A stretch of 63,710 bases of DNA, the filler included, from Chrysochromulina tobinii (lineage: Eukaryota): the NCBI GenBank assembly GCA_001275005.1. It is 4 parts of 4 records of this genome, joined end to end, with 100 filler letters (N's around TTAATTAATTAA, not from the genome) between each part and the next. Parts side by side here need not be neighbours in the genome. Positions count along the whole stretch, not along the records: positions 22,267 to 43,273 come from JWZX01001077.1; 3 more parts are not named here. The stretch is one strand, 5' to 3'. Below are positions 22,570 to 33,644 of the stretch, piece after piece. The position numbers were made by a program, and so were the translations under genes. The stretch's first letter is position 1, and every line of letters begins with the position of its first letter. The notes under the pieces were generated by a model that was not told where the DNA came from, ran no database searches, and saw only the letters and a program-made list of their open reading frames with translations.

Positions 22570-24243
22570 ATGGCGACGTGCGGCTTTCTGCGGGCCGCTT
22601 CTCTTCGGGCGCGCGTTCGCGAGCTATCCGCCGTGGCCGCGGCCCTTCCAGCCGCCGTGCCGCTGCGCCCGCCGGCGCCCCGCCAGCAAGCCAAGCGAGC
22701 CACCTCGTTCGAGGCAATCGGCCTCACACCCGAGCTGGCGGCCGCGGTGCGCGCGCTCGGCTTCGTCAAGCCGAGCGACCCGCAGGTGCTCGCGGTGCCG
22801 GCGTTGCTAGCCGGCGAAAGTGTCGCGTTCGCGTCGAGCACAGGCAGCGGCAAGACGCTCGCGTATTTGCTGCCTACGATGCAGGCGCTGCGCCAGCAGG
22901 AGTTGAGTGCGCCATCGCTGGGGCGGCAGTCCGGCGAGCGCGCCAAGGCGCGGCCGCGCGCGCTCGTGCTCGCACCGACGCGCGAGCTCGCGGCGCAAAT
23001 CGGCGCGGTCGCCAAGGCGCTCTCGCAGCACATCCGGCTGCGTGTGCGCACGGCGGAGGGCGGGACGACGCTTCGCGAGACAATCCTCAAGCTCGAGAAT
23101 GGCGCGGACTTGGTGGTGGCGACGCCCGCGCGGCTGCTGCTGCTGCACCAGCGCGGCGCGGTCTCGCTGCGCGAGGTGCGCCACGTCATCATCGATGAGG
23201 CCGACGACATGCTCCTCCGCGGCTTTGACGAATCCATGCGCGATGTGCTGCGCCGCTGCCCGCCACGCACAGGCGAGCCGCCCTCACCGCAGCTCGCCTT
23301 CGTCTCAGCGACGCTCGGGAAGGCGGTGCAGCACGTGATCCAGCGCGAGTACCCCGACGTGCGCGCACTCATCGCCGCGTGCGCCCACCGCACGCCGCCT
23401 ACCCTCACCCACCAGCTGCGTCGCTACACGGGCCGTGACAAGCTCATTGAGCTTCATGAGACGTTGCTCACCATCCACGGCGGCGTGACTCACGACAGCG
23501 TGCACGACAGCGCCGGCGGCGCTGCTGCTGCTGCTGGCATTGGTGACCTCGGTGGCTTTCGTGAGCGTGCTGGTGGCCGTGGCGGTGTTGGCGGTGGCGG
23601 TGGTGCTGGTGCACGCGGCGGTCGTGCGGCGCCGGGATGGGAAGACGCCGCGGAAGGCACCGAGGATGAGGTTGACGTGGCACCACGGCCTGTGAGCCGT
23701 TCACGCACCCTCGTCTTCTGCCGCGGCGTGCAGTCGGCGAGAGCAGTGCTGCACAGCCTCGCCGAGGCCGGGCTTGCGGTGGGCGGCTGCCATGGCAAGA
23801 TGCCCGAGGCGGCGCGTCGCGCCGACCTCGCTGCCTTCGTGTTGGAGCCGCCTACGCGCCCGCTACTCGTGTGCACGGACCTCGCTGCACGGGGCATCGA
23901 CTTCCCTCAAGTAGAGACGGTACTCAACTTTGACTTCCCTGCCACCTCGTCGCTCTACCTGCACCGCGCCGGCCGTGCGGGCCGCATGGGCCGGACCGGT
24001 ACGGTCCTCTCCCTCGTCCACGACTCCGAGCACAGACTAGCCGCCTCGGTCCTCGACGCCGTCAACAGGCGCACCGAGGTCCACACGGTGCGCAAGGGCG
24101 ACTTCCGTGCTCGCACAAGTAGCGCCGTGAGGAGCACGAGCCGGGCGGGCGCGCGCGCGCTCATTGGGCAGGCGGCCGCAACGGGGCGCAGGCTTGCGGC
24201 TGCGCGAGGGGCACGTATCCCTGGGAGCCGGCGGACCAGATAA
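22570..24243 (+). CDS. DEAD-box RNA helicase, probably organellar
   Basis: Q motif, TGSGKT, PTRELA, ATPARL, IIDEAD, SAT, TDLAARGIDF, HRAGRAGR. Confidence 0.93.
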   Translation: MATCGFLRAASLRARVRELSAVAAALPAAVPLRPPAPRQQAKRATSFEAIGLTPELAAAVRALGFVKPSDPQVLAVPALLAGESVAFASSTGSGKTLAYLLPTMQALRQQELSAPSLGRQSGERAKARPRALVLAPTRELAAQIGAVAKALSQHIRLRVRTAEGGTTLRETILKLENGADLVVATPARLLLLHQRGAVSLREVRHVIIDEADDMLLRGFDESMRDVLRRCPPRTGEPPSPQLAFVSATLGKAVQHVIQREYPDVRALIAACAHRTPPTLTHQLRRYTGRDKLIELHETLLTIHGGVTHDSVHDSAGGAAAAAGIGDLGGFRERAGGRGGVGGGGGAGARGGRAAPGWEDAAEGTEDEVDVAPRPVSRSRTLVFCRGVQSARAVLHSLAEAGLAVGGCHGKMPEAARRADLAAFVLEPPTRPLLVCTDLAARGIDFPQVETVLNFDFPATSSLYLHRAGRAGRMGRTGTVLSLVHDSEHRLAASVLDAVNRRTEVHTVRKGDFRARTSSAVRSTSRAGARALIGQAAATGRRLAAARGARIPGSRRTR

Positions 24244-24650
24244 TCCGTGAGAGATCTCAGTCTGGCAGGACTTCGACTGTACTAAAGCTTTCGAGTACAA
24301 GGCCGGAGTTCGGTTAGGACCCCGGTGACTTTTGTCAGACAAATCGAATGTGGGTCATTAAAGGATCCAGTTTAATCGGTGTACTCGACCACGTCCACGA
24401 GCGCGGGGGCACGATCGTTGTAATCGGAGCACAGTTGGCGTTGACCCATGCGTTGACCGTTGTTGGCGGAATCCGATAAAGTCACCGGTCCTACCGTACA
24501 CGGTTCTCTCGTACTCCTCATACTACGTAGTGATTCAGAAGTCACACGGACTCCTGCGTTTCATCCGTGCTCCACCCTGTCCCATCGACCCCCCGACCCC
24601 CGCCCTAACCTCGCCCTGATCATTGCCGCCCTCGCCGCCTCAGCCTTCGT

Positions 24651-27600
24651 CTACGCCCTCGCCGCCTTCCGCGTGGCTGCCTCTTCGGCCGCCGCGCGCA
24701 CCCCCCCCTGCAAGAGCAGCCTCGAGACCTCTGGCGCGAAGTCGTGTCCCGATTTGGCAACCTCCGCGGCGAGGGCGCGCACGCGCTGCTCCTGCTGCAA
24801 GTAGGCGAGCGCGAAGGAGGGGAGCGCCGAATCGGGCACGCTGTTCACAAAGGTGAGTCCCTCGCGATAGACGAGGCGCGAGGCGAGCCCATTGGCGATC
24901 ATCGACTTTTGGTACTCCCACGGGATGCGCTCGGGCAGCCGTGCCGCATACTTTTCGAAGAGGACGGGGGGCAGCTGCTCACGTACCAGCGGCCACAGCC
25001 GGTCCTTGTTCGCGCTCTGGTCGAACCGATCGAGGAGTGCTGCAAGCGCCGTTGCGACACGCAGGCATGCAAACGAGATCTGCTCCGAGATCTTGACGTG
25101 AGGCACGGTCGGATCTCGCGCGCTCTCGGCGAAGAGCAGTGAGGCCTCCTGCCCGGCGAGCTCGCGCAGCCGGCACAGCACGTCGTGCACGTACTGCTCC
25201 TTGATGTCGACGAACTCGTCGGCCGATAGCGTCATCGAGGCGACAATCTCCATCGACGAGCAAATGACGCCGCACCTGACGTTAGAGGCGATCAGAGGCG
25301 ATCAGAGGCGATCAGAGGCGATCAGAGGCGATCAGAGGCGATCAGAGGCGATCTGAGGCGATCAGTGGCCATCAGTGGCCATCAGTGGCCTTCGGTCGCA
25401 GCCAGTCGCACGCAGCCAGTCGTCTTCTGAGCAGAAGGCGGCTCACTTGTTGGCGCTCGAATCTTTGACGATTGGTAGCCCAGTCGCGCCGAAGAGGCCC
25501 GCGCGCGCCTCGGGCGTTAGGAACAGGTTGGCCCCTTCGACGATGGCTCGTGAGGATGGGGAGCCGTCGGGCAGAAGGTACTGCTTCCAGTTGGCGCCGT
25601 TGATCGCGGCGGGGCGCCCCCCTGCGGGCACGAAGATGTCGGCTTGCACGCGGTTGTGGAGCGTGTTGCGGAGCGCGGCGCCTTCGGGCGTATTGGCCAG
25701 CGTCAGACTGCCTCGCGGCCCGAGCAGCTCGGTGCGCATCTCCGAGAGAGGCAGACCAGCGTGGAAGAGTCGAAGCAGGTCGGCCATCGGTAGACCGTCG
25801 GGGTCTTCCGCGCAGCCACTCCCGTCTGCCATTCCCACGACGCGCACGTAGTCGCCGTAGTCACGCGCAAGGACCTTGAGCATGTTGCCCGCCACGTCGC
25901 CGTCGGGGCCGCCGGTCAGCTTGATGCTCCATGGCTCGGCATCAGGGCGGATGCCGATGGCACGCAGCGCCTGCTCGAGGCAGTCAGCGCCGATCGAAAG
26001 CAAGTCAAGGGCGATCCGAGGCAATCCGATCGAAAGCAAGTCACAGCGCACATGCTCGAGGAAGACGGCCACGCCTTCCGACGTGACGCCATAGACCTTG
26101 TGGTTGATCCCCTCTCGGGGCTTGGAAGACATAAAGGCCGGGGCCATTGAGTAGCCGCGCTTCTTGGCGCGCGCGACGATCCAATTGATATCGAACGGAG
26201 TGATGTTCTCATCGGGGCCCAGGTAGAGCAGCTCGGGCTGTGCGGGTGTTGGGTGCGGGACGACGAGCACGTCGAGGAGCGAGTCGGTGAACGTCTTGAC
26301 GCACCGATGGAGGAGCTTGGAACGCTCCTCCCCATCAACCGAGGGCGTAGCGAGGCACACCGCCTTCGAGCCTCCCTCGGGGATGTCCTTGTTCTTCAGA
26401 TGCTGCGCCCATGCGAGGTCGAAACACTCTTTGAAATGGCGGGAAGATTCGGCCATATGCGCTTCGGCCGAAGGCGGTAACACGACGCGCAAGCCGCCGC
26501 GCGCAATGTCAGCGAAGCGCGTGTGGTACCCGTTGAACGAGCGGCCCGCGCAGAAGAAGACCCCGAATGGTAAGTTGGACACCGAGGACGGCGCGGGCGG
26601 GAGCTTTGGCGCGAAGAACTGCGGAGAGAGCACAAGTGGATCAGGGAACAGCAGAGGCAATCGGACGGAATGAGACGCAATCGGGGCAATCAGCCCGTAC
26701 CTTCGGGTCGAGTCGCAGTGCGAGCGCCCAGCGCGCGTCGCGGTGCACATTGGCACGAAGGGTATGGCGCACTGCCGACTCCATCGCCCGTAGGAGCATG
26801 CGAGTGGACTCATCCTCGAGCGACTTTTCGCGCGCTTCCGAAGCGGCGAGGAGCGCCGTGTCGAGCGCTGCGCTCGCGAAGATGTCGGTCGGGTCGAAGC
26901 GCCGTATGAAGAGGCGGGCGAGTTCGTTTGCATGCGGCAGAACCCGGGGCCGTAGAAGGGTCTCGTAGACGTATGGTCGGGTAAAGATCGGATGATCGAC
27001 GACGGCGAGGGCGAGGTCGGCGAGACCGACCGCAACCTCCGCCTCGAGGAGCGAGATCGAGCCCGGCGCGATTGAGGTCCCTGTAGAAGCGAGGCGGAAG
27101 GCCATCTCAGGCATCCATTTCGAGCGCAGAGCGTCGCGACGCAGTGCGTCCAGCGCGCCGTCCGATGGGGCGGGGATCCCAACGGGAGGACGCGCCAGCA
27201 CGCGCAGCAGCGTGATGCCGCCGCCGCCGCCGCCGCCGCCTTCACCGGCATCGGCGCAAGCACCGTCCGAGGGGCGGTCGTCGATGATGGTCACGGCTGC
27301 GCGGTACAGATTGAGGCCGTGCACATCAAGCAGGGCGAGAATCCGTCGGAGGGCCGCGCGGGCGGACATGCCATGCGTGGCGAGGGTGAGGAGGGTCGAC
27401 TCGTCTTCTCCGAGCGCAAAGCTGGCGGGTAGCCGCTCGATGTCCACCGCCACATCGTCCGTCCCCGCAATACTCTCGCACAGGTGCCGTTGCTTCAGCA
27501 GCAGCCGAGGCTTGTGAGACGTGACGTAGCTCGAGGGGCAGCGGCGCAGGAAGGCGTCGAGCGAGGCCTTGGCGCTACGGTTGGTGAGGCTCGACTCGGG

Positions 27601-28185
27601 CGGCGTATGCCGTCCCGCCGCCTCGCTCGTGAACGAGCCCGCCAACAGCTCCGACAGGTACCCGTGCATCACCTGCTCCGCTGCCCTCTCCTCGGGCGTG
27701 GCCGCCGCGAAGCGCGGCTCGGCCTCCTGCTCCGCTACCGTCGAGAAGAGGTGCAGACCGAGCCGGCCGTCCTTGGACGAGAAGAGGCGCACGCTCTGCA
27801 GGTCCGTACCGCTGGGCAACGAATCGAGCTCGCGCGCGACCGCAGCCGTCTTTGTGCGCCCCATCTGCTTCGTCTCCGACGAGAGGAAGGTGAATTCGCC
27901 GCCGTCCTTGAGCATGACGTCCGGCACTTGCACGCCGTCAGAGCAGACGGCCGTGATCGCCTGCAGGTGCTTTGACCGGAGTGGTGCTGATACGTGCCGA
28001 AAGTATGACTGGGGCATGTTGGCCAAGAACCAAGGCACTTCGCGCGCGGACGCCCGCTGCTGCAACGTGGCGAGCTCGGCGATCACCGCGGTCGAGTCCG
28101 GCAGAGAGATGATGCCCGAGGAGAGGCGACGCGAGGATGATGGCCTCGTAGAGGTGCTGAGCCGAACGAGGGCATTGCGCCGCAT
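24651..28185 (-). CDS. Large NAD-specific glutamate dehydrogenase (GDH2-type), mitochondrial-type presequence; introns 26619-26700, 25971-26051, 25276-25446
   Basis: RFADIARGGLR, KNKDIPEGGSK, LGPDEN, GINHKVYGVTSEG, TGGPDGDVAGN, VEGANLF, KDSSANK|CGVICSSMEI restored across introns; start MRRNALVRLSTS at 28185. Confidence 0.92.
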
Positions 28186-28437
28186 ATGGGATGGTTGAGC
28201 AAGAGGCCGGGAGCGTGTCGGAAGGGGCCCCGTCCAATGGAAGGCGCTCGTTTTCCTTACTTCGGAAACCCGCAACCGTGACGAATCCGACGAAACCCGC
28301 TGATTTACGACGAAACTGTTCCCATTGGCTAACAGCAACGATGGTTCGTAATTAGACGAACGAACGAGCCCGAAATCAGGCTCCGCATGTTTGCGCGCCG
28401 TGGAGGAATTGCTTGTCACTCGCCCTGGTCCATGCAA

Positions 28438-30216
28438 CTACCCTGCCGCCACCAATACCGCCGCCGTGTGCTGCACCTGGCGCACCGACGGCCTCGCCTC
28501 GGGCTGCGGCTTGAGCATGCCGAGCGCGAGGCCCTCCCACGGCGCCGTATTGGGCGAGTTCACTCCATCGTGCAAGGCGTCGAGATCACTACTCGCCGCG
28601 CGCAGCTTGAGCCAATGCACGACCGCCGCCCGCTCCATGGCCGTCGCAAAGCCGCCATGGATCTCAGCCACGCATACGCCTAGAGCGTACACGTCCGCCG
28701 GCGGCCCCGGCGCAGGCGGGCCGGACGCGCCCAGCACGGCGCCCGACTGTGGAAGCCGTTCGAGCACACGCTCAGCATGACGCTCGGGGGCCATGTATGT
28801 GGGCGTCCCCGCGGTTGCGGCCGCCGCGGCGGCGCGTGGCGCGGCTGCCGGGGAGGCGGCCAGAGGAGAGGCGGCCAGAGGAGAGGAGGTGACGACCGTG
28901 GCGCGGGCATCCGGGGCGGCAGCTGGGGCAGCGGGCATGGCAAACGGTGCAGCTGGGGCAGCGGGCATGGCAAATGGTGCAGCGAGTCCAAAGTCAGCGA
29001 GCTTGACGGCGCCATCGAGCGCGCAGAAGACATTGGCCGGCTTGACGTCATTGTGCAGCCAGCCATGCGCATGCATCGCCTCGAGAGCGCTCGCGATGCC
29101 CGCCACCCACTGCCACCGGACCGCGGTGGAGGGGACGGCGGCGGCGAAGGGGACGGCGGCGGCGGCGGCTGAGGTGACGGCGGCGGCGGAGGAGGAGGAG
29201 GGTGCAGACGAGGGCGCGGGCGCGCGGGGGCTGCGAGCATCGAGTGCGAGGCCAGCGAGGGACGTCGTGAGCGCGGCGGCGGCTGGCGGCGGCAGGCGCA
29301 GCGCCGCCGAGTGCGGCGGCAGCACGCTGCCCCGCACGCCGCCCTGCGCGCGCAGCGGTGGCGAGGAAGAGGAGGAGCGCGGGGAGGCGGTGGCCGAGGA
29401 GCGCCGCGCCATCTCGTGGGCTAGGATGGCGGAGAGCGTGGGCATCTGGCACAGCTCCAGCTGCAAGCACAGCGTGGGCACGCGCGCCGGCGCCGCACTC
29501 CCGCTTCTCGTAGACGTGTCGTCCTCTTCGTCGTCGTCATCTCCGTCCACGCTCCCGATGCTCGCCAGCTCGAGGCTCGCCCCTCGCCACGGCAGGTGTC
29601 TGGACGCCCAGGAGGACGCGTTGGTGTCCAGCTCCGCCAGCTCCTCCTGCAGCCGTGCGACTGGGAGCGGCTCGCTCCACACAGAGTGGTAACGGATGAG
29701 GTTGGTGTGTGGCGGGAGAGAGGCCATGCACTTGGCCTCGGATTGGGCGCCGGGGCGGTCAGGGACGAGTTTGATTGCATACGTGTGCCCATCGAGGCGG
29801 TTGCGAGCGCTATAGACCACGCCAAACCCGCCCTTCCCCACGAGCGAAAAGTCGTCAAAGTCAGTGATGAGGCGTGGCGGTACCGCCGGCGCCGGCGCCG
29901 GCATCGGCAGACTCAGCGGCCGAACCAACGACCATGGGAGCGGACCCGGACGCCGCCGAGCCTCGCCCACGGGATCGGGCGTGCGCGGCGGGGACGCGAT
30001 CGTACTGCCCGTGCGCCATGCTCTATACCGCAGACGGGCCTCGTGGAAGTCCTCATGATAATCTCCGATCTCAAACGCAGGCGGCAGCGACTCCTCCGAC
30101 TGCGTGTGGGCGCCCGCGACGGCCGGCGCGACCGCTCCAGCGACGGAGGAGAGGCTGCTGCCGCCGGTGGCGCCAGCCGCCCGCAAGATCGTGCCACGCA
30201 GAAGCGTGCTGCGCAT
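28438..30216 (-). CDS. eIF2-alpha-kinase-like (HRI/GCN2/PERK group) Ser/Thr kinase
   Basis: GKGGFGVVYSARNRLDGHTYAIK, acidic insert, HNDVKPANVF, DFG, GTPTYMAPE, DVYALG, FATAMER; start codon uncertain. Confidence 0.8.
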   Translation of the reverse strand: MRSTLLRGTILRAAGATGGSSLSSVAGAVAPAVAGAHTQSEESLPPAFEIGDYHEDFHEARLRYRAWRTGSTIASPPRTPDPVGEARRRPGPLPWSLVRPLSLPMPAPAPAVPPRLITDFDDFSLVGKGGFGVVYSARNRLDGHTYAIKLVPDRPGAQSEAKCMASLPPHTNLIRYHSVWSEPLPVARLQEELAELDTNASSWASRHLPWRGASLELASIGSVDGDDDDEEDDTSTRSGSAAPARVPTLCLQLELCQMPTLSAILAHEMARRSSATASPRSSSSSPPLRAQGGVRGSVLPPHSAALRLPPPAAAALTTSLAGLALDARSPRAPAPSSAPSSSSAAAVTSAAAAAVPFAAAVPSTAVRWQWVAGIASALEAMHAHGWLHNDVKPANVFCALDGAVKLADFGLAAPFAMPAAPAAPFAMPAAPAAAPDARATVVTSSPLAASPLAASPAAAPRAAAAAATAGTPTYMAPERHAERVLERLPQSGAVLGASGPPAPGPPADVYALGVCVAEIHGGFATAMERAAVVHWLKLRAASSDLDALHDGVNSPNTAPWEGLALGMLKPQPEARPSVRQVQHTAAVLVAAG

Positions 30217-30633
30217 GTGGAAAAGCGAGCACCAAAAACTCAACAGAAAACTCGAGTGCGGCACCGTCTCGAAGTCGGCCTGTTTTTAATGGAAACACGA
30301 CACAGGCGGGAGCCGGGACACGTGGTCACCACAAGTAGCCAAGTACTGAGCGAGAAGAAGTCGATCAGTAGATCTGATCCCAACGTGAAGATAGTGCTGC
30401 GACTGTCAAAAGTGGTACGTCACACGCCCATTCTCGATTCTGCGCCGACGAAGACGCGGCGATCACGCTCCGAGCGTGCTCACTAGAACACACTTTTAGG
30501 AGTCTGTTTTTTTCGAAGGTCCTCAAGATTTGAAGGTCCTAAAGAGTGAACGGAAAGCGAAGCACAACCGCACACGCTCAGCCGTCCTGCTTTGTAGACG
30601 CTGCTGCTGACCGTGCAACCGATGCCTCCTGAA

Positions 30634-30996
30634 CTACACACTCAAATGTGCCGGCGCCGGTAATCCTGTCAATGTTCTCCGCACGCCATTCATGACATCC
30701 TCTGGCGTCACAAGTTCGGCAGGTTTGAAGATCTTGAAGACCAAGGACCGCTCGCCAAGGAGGCTCACGACAGTCTCAAGAGGCGCACAGCCCTGCGTGA
30801 AATGGGGTGCAGTGAGAGGCTAGGAAAACGCATCAACAGATCGTGCGCGCGGCTGTACCGGCTCGTAGCACTGCAGCTCGTTGACCATGACCATGACCTC
30901 GGACATGCTCTCCGGCAGCGCATCCTCAACCCAACTCGTAATGCGCTTGAGTTCCACGCGATTCGCCGAAGGCTTCTTCGCAAAGTCGAAGGCCAT
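30634..30996 (-). CDS. Small conserved protein with CxEPGCxPLET motif; intron 30793-30858
   Basis: Spliced product MAFDFAKK..VMVNELQCYEP|GCAPLETVVSLLGERSLVFKIFKPAELVTPEDV..*; 66-nt GT-AG intron. Confidence 0.75.
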
Positions 30997-31281
30997 TACG
31001 GTGGCGGTACGAGCGCGTGCTGCAGAAGCGATCGGACGCGCGGCCCTGACCCTAGCTAGAGATTTCCCGATCAGGGCGCGCGGGCGCTTCGCCCACAGGA
31101 TTCGCTTCGCCGATACACAAATGAGACGAGCACCACTCGAGCACAAGTTGAGCACCCCACACCACGAGGAGTTCACACTCACGTTTAAAAGCAAGCGAAG
31201 GAGTAGGGGGCGGCTATAGGTCGAGAGTTCGCACCCGGGGGTGGCTCCGCGTTGAGTGATGCTTGCGTGCTTGCTTGAGTG

Positions 31282-31378
31282 TTGGTTTCCAAGTCAAGTC
31301 AAGTCTACTTGAACTTGAAGTCTATACATAAAAAACAGACAACTCCATGACTTGACTTGACTTGACTTGGTTTCCAAG
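31282..31378. repeat. Tiny inverted-repeat insert (AAGTC)n..(GACTT)n flanked by a 12-bp direct repeat
   Basis: TTGGTTTCCAAG at 31282-31293 and 31367-31378; AAGTCx3 on the left, GACTTx4 on the right. Confidence 0.75.
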
Positions 31379-31562
31379 ATGCGAGATGAATCGAGAGGAG
31401 GTGTTTTGACGTGCGGCGAACACTCTACACTGCCCGTCACTCTAGCTCTGTGTGAAACGGCTGTGAGCTTGCGGAACGTCCGAGAAGGCACACACTCATA
31501 GTTGAAAAGGTCGTGCCTTGGTCCGACTTCGTCTTTGATTCACACCGCTTTGGAATAGAGTT

Positions 31563-32036
31563 ATGTCGGGCCTAAACGCAAACCCGGACCTTTTCGACGT
31601 CGCCACGGAGCGCCGCTCGGCCGACGACACAGCTCGCGAGGTGGATCCGTCCGTGCGCGACCCGCTCGACGAATTAGAGGTCTTTGAGATGATTCGGGGT
31701 ATCAAGGATCCTGAGCACCCGCATACACTTGAGCAGCTTCGCGTGGTGCAACGCTCGCTCATCCGTGTGGACGACGCGCGTGGCCGCGTCTATGTGAACT
31801 TCACGCCGACGATCCCGCACTGCTCGATGGCGACGCTCATTGGACTCTCCATCCGCGTGCAGCTGCTCCGCTTGCTGCCGTCACGATTCAAGGTGGACGT
31901 GAATGTCACGCCGGGCACGCACATGAATGAGAAGGACGTCAACAAGCAGCTGAGCGACAAGGAGCGCGTTGCCGCTGCGCTTGAGAATGAAAATCTGCTC
32001 AAAATGGTCAACTCATGCCTGCAAGGAATCTCATAG
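31563..32036 (+). CDS. CIAO2B: Cytosolic Fe-S assembly component MIP18/FAM96B/AE7
   Basis: [52 protein letters not shown]. Confidence 0.96.
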   Translation: MSGLNANPDLFDVATERRSADDTAREVDPSVRDPLDELEVFEMIRGIKDPEHPHTLEQLRVVQRSLIRVDDARGRVYVNFTPTIPHCSMATLIGLSIRVQLLRLLPSRFKVDVNVTPGTHMNEKDVNKQLSDKERVAAALENENLLKMVNSCLQGIS

Positions 32037-32625
32037 TATAGAGGCGGAGGAGTGTTCAACCGATCTTTTTTTCTTTTTTTTCCCGTGGACCGGAGTCATT
32101 CACGACGTCTACCAGGTGGACCCGACGTCGGAATCTCATTTTAACAATCCATGAGATGCACATACTATACCCCCATTCATCACACGCCCATCGCACGCGA
32201 TAGCGCCCAGTGAGCTGAGACACGCGTGGTCCTTATACCGAGATCCATTTAGATCCATACACCTCCATGGGCAGGCGGCGCTCGGCTGGCGACCTGCACG
32301 ACCACGCGCTCGTCCGACAAAACGCTATGGCCACGTGTGCTGGCCCCCGCAACCCGCGCCCGCGCTTGCAGCCGGATCATGCCGGCTACCGCATGTGACC
32401 CCCAATCGTCGAGCATGGGTCCTCCGTGTGCGACGCTCCCATCATGCAATCCGCCTTGAGCCGTGAAGTACCGCGAGGGTCTTCGCGGTGCGCGCTCCCC
32501 CATCGGCGTGAGCACGCCCAGAAAAGCGCTCTCGTCCTCCTCCGCTACGATGAGGCTCGGAGCCCCGACAGCATCCTGCCGCCCAGCAAGTCATCACCGC
32601 ACGGCGCGGCGTCGCGCTCGCGCGG

Positions 32626-33388
32626 CTACTTTTTCGGCGGCGGCTTGTCAATTCTGTCGATCATCTCCATGATCTCCTTCTCACTCGGATCACCAGGCTG
32701 CCTGGCTATGTCCGCACTCAGCTGCGACGCACACGGGCGAGATAGGCGGGCGTCACAGGTACGGATGCACGCGGCAAGGATGCACGGCCGTAGGGGCAAG
32801 GTGGCAGCGGACGAGCAGCAGGCCATACGCACCGAGGCTCGACGGCTCAGGGTGCGGCCCAGCTCGGTCTTCTTAAACTGCTCACCCGCCCCCTGACGCG
32901 CGACTTGCAAGTGCTCGGTGACCGTCCGCTGCAAGGGCGCGAGCTTGGGAACCATGTAGCCCTGACAACACGGGCGTACATGGTCGCACGCGAGGCTCAG
33001 CGCGTGTGCGGGGGAGGCAAGAGAGAAGAGCGGCCAGCCACACCTCGAGCCCTTCGCGCGAGGGCAGCCAGCTCTTGATCGCGTCCGCGAGGTCCTGCGC
33101 CGACCGGATGCCATTTGCCCTTGCCGCCATGACCGCGCCAACGCCCATCAAACCCGCCAGACCGGTTCCATACAGGAAGGCGCGCCCTGCCCCGCTGCGT
33201 GCGAGCTGCTCTGCCTCTGCCGACGGTGGTTCAGGAAACTTTTCGAGGAGCTCCTTGAACGCGTTGCTGCGTCGGTAGGCTGAGGCGCCGTAACCAGCGC
33301 CGAAGCCCATGGCGGCGATACCCGCGCCGCAGAAGGCGAAGATCACGGGCACCGACCCGCTCGGGCCGGCTCCATCCTCCGGTGGCAT
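32626..33388 (-). CDS. Small two-TM membrane protein (TMEM242/DUF1358-like, tentative); introns 32962-33043, 32722-32832
   Basis: Two hydrophobic Gly-rich helices (..AGRAFLYGTGLAGLMG..GIRSAQDL..WLP); GT-AG introns keep the frame. Confidence 0.6.
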
Positions 33389-33644
33389 TGAGTGTTCCAG
33401 GAGTATGTACGCGAAGCAATGCACACAGAGGCGCTCGTAGCGCAAAGCGGGTCGCCGTGAAGCAAACTTATCTCGATGTAATCTGAAAACGCAATCTGCT
33501 GCCGCCTCATCCATCTGTCCTTTTTTCGCGTCCTTTTGAGCGTCTACGAAACTTGAGGCATGTGGACTGGTCTGTAAAAACAGACAGCTGAACGCACTCG
33601 CGCACGGCACGGGCTGGGCGGGCGTGGCTATCTGACAGTCGAGA

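Noticed and set aside
28186..28437. N-terminal extension of the 598-aa ORF suggesting kinase-GDH fusion or coupling
   Set aside because: The kinase ends in TAG at 28438, and the presequence-like start at 28185 is more plausible for GDH.
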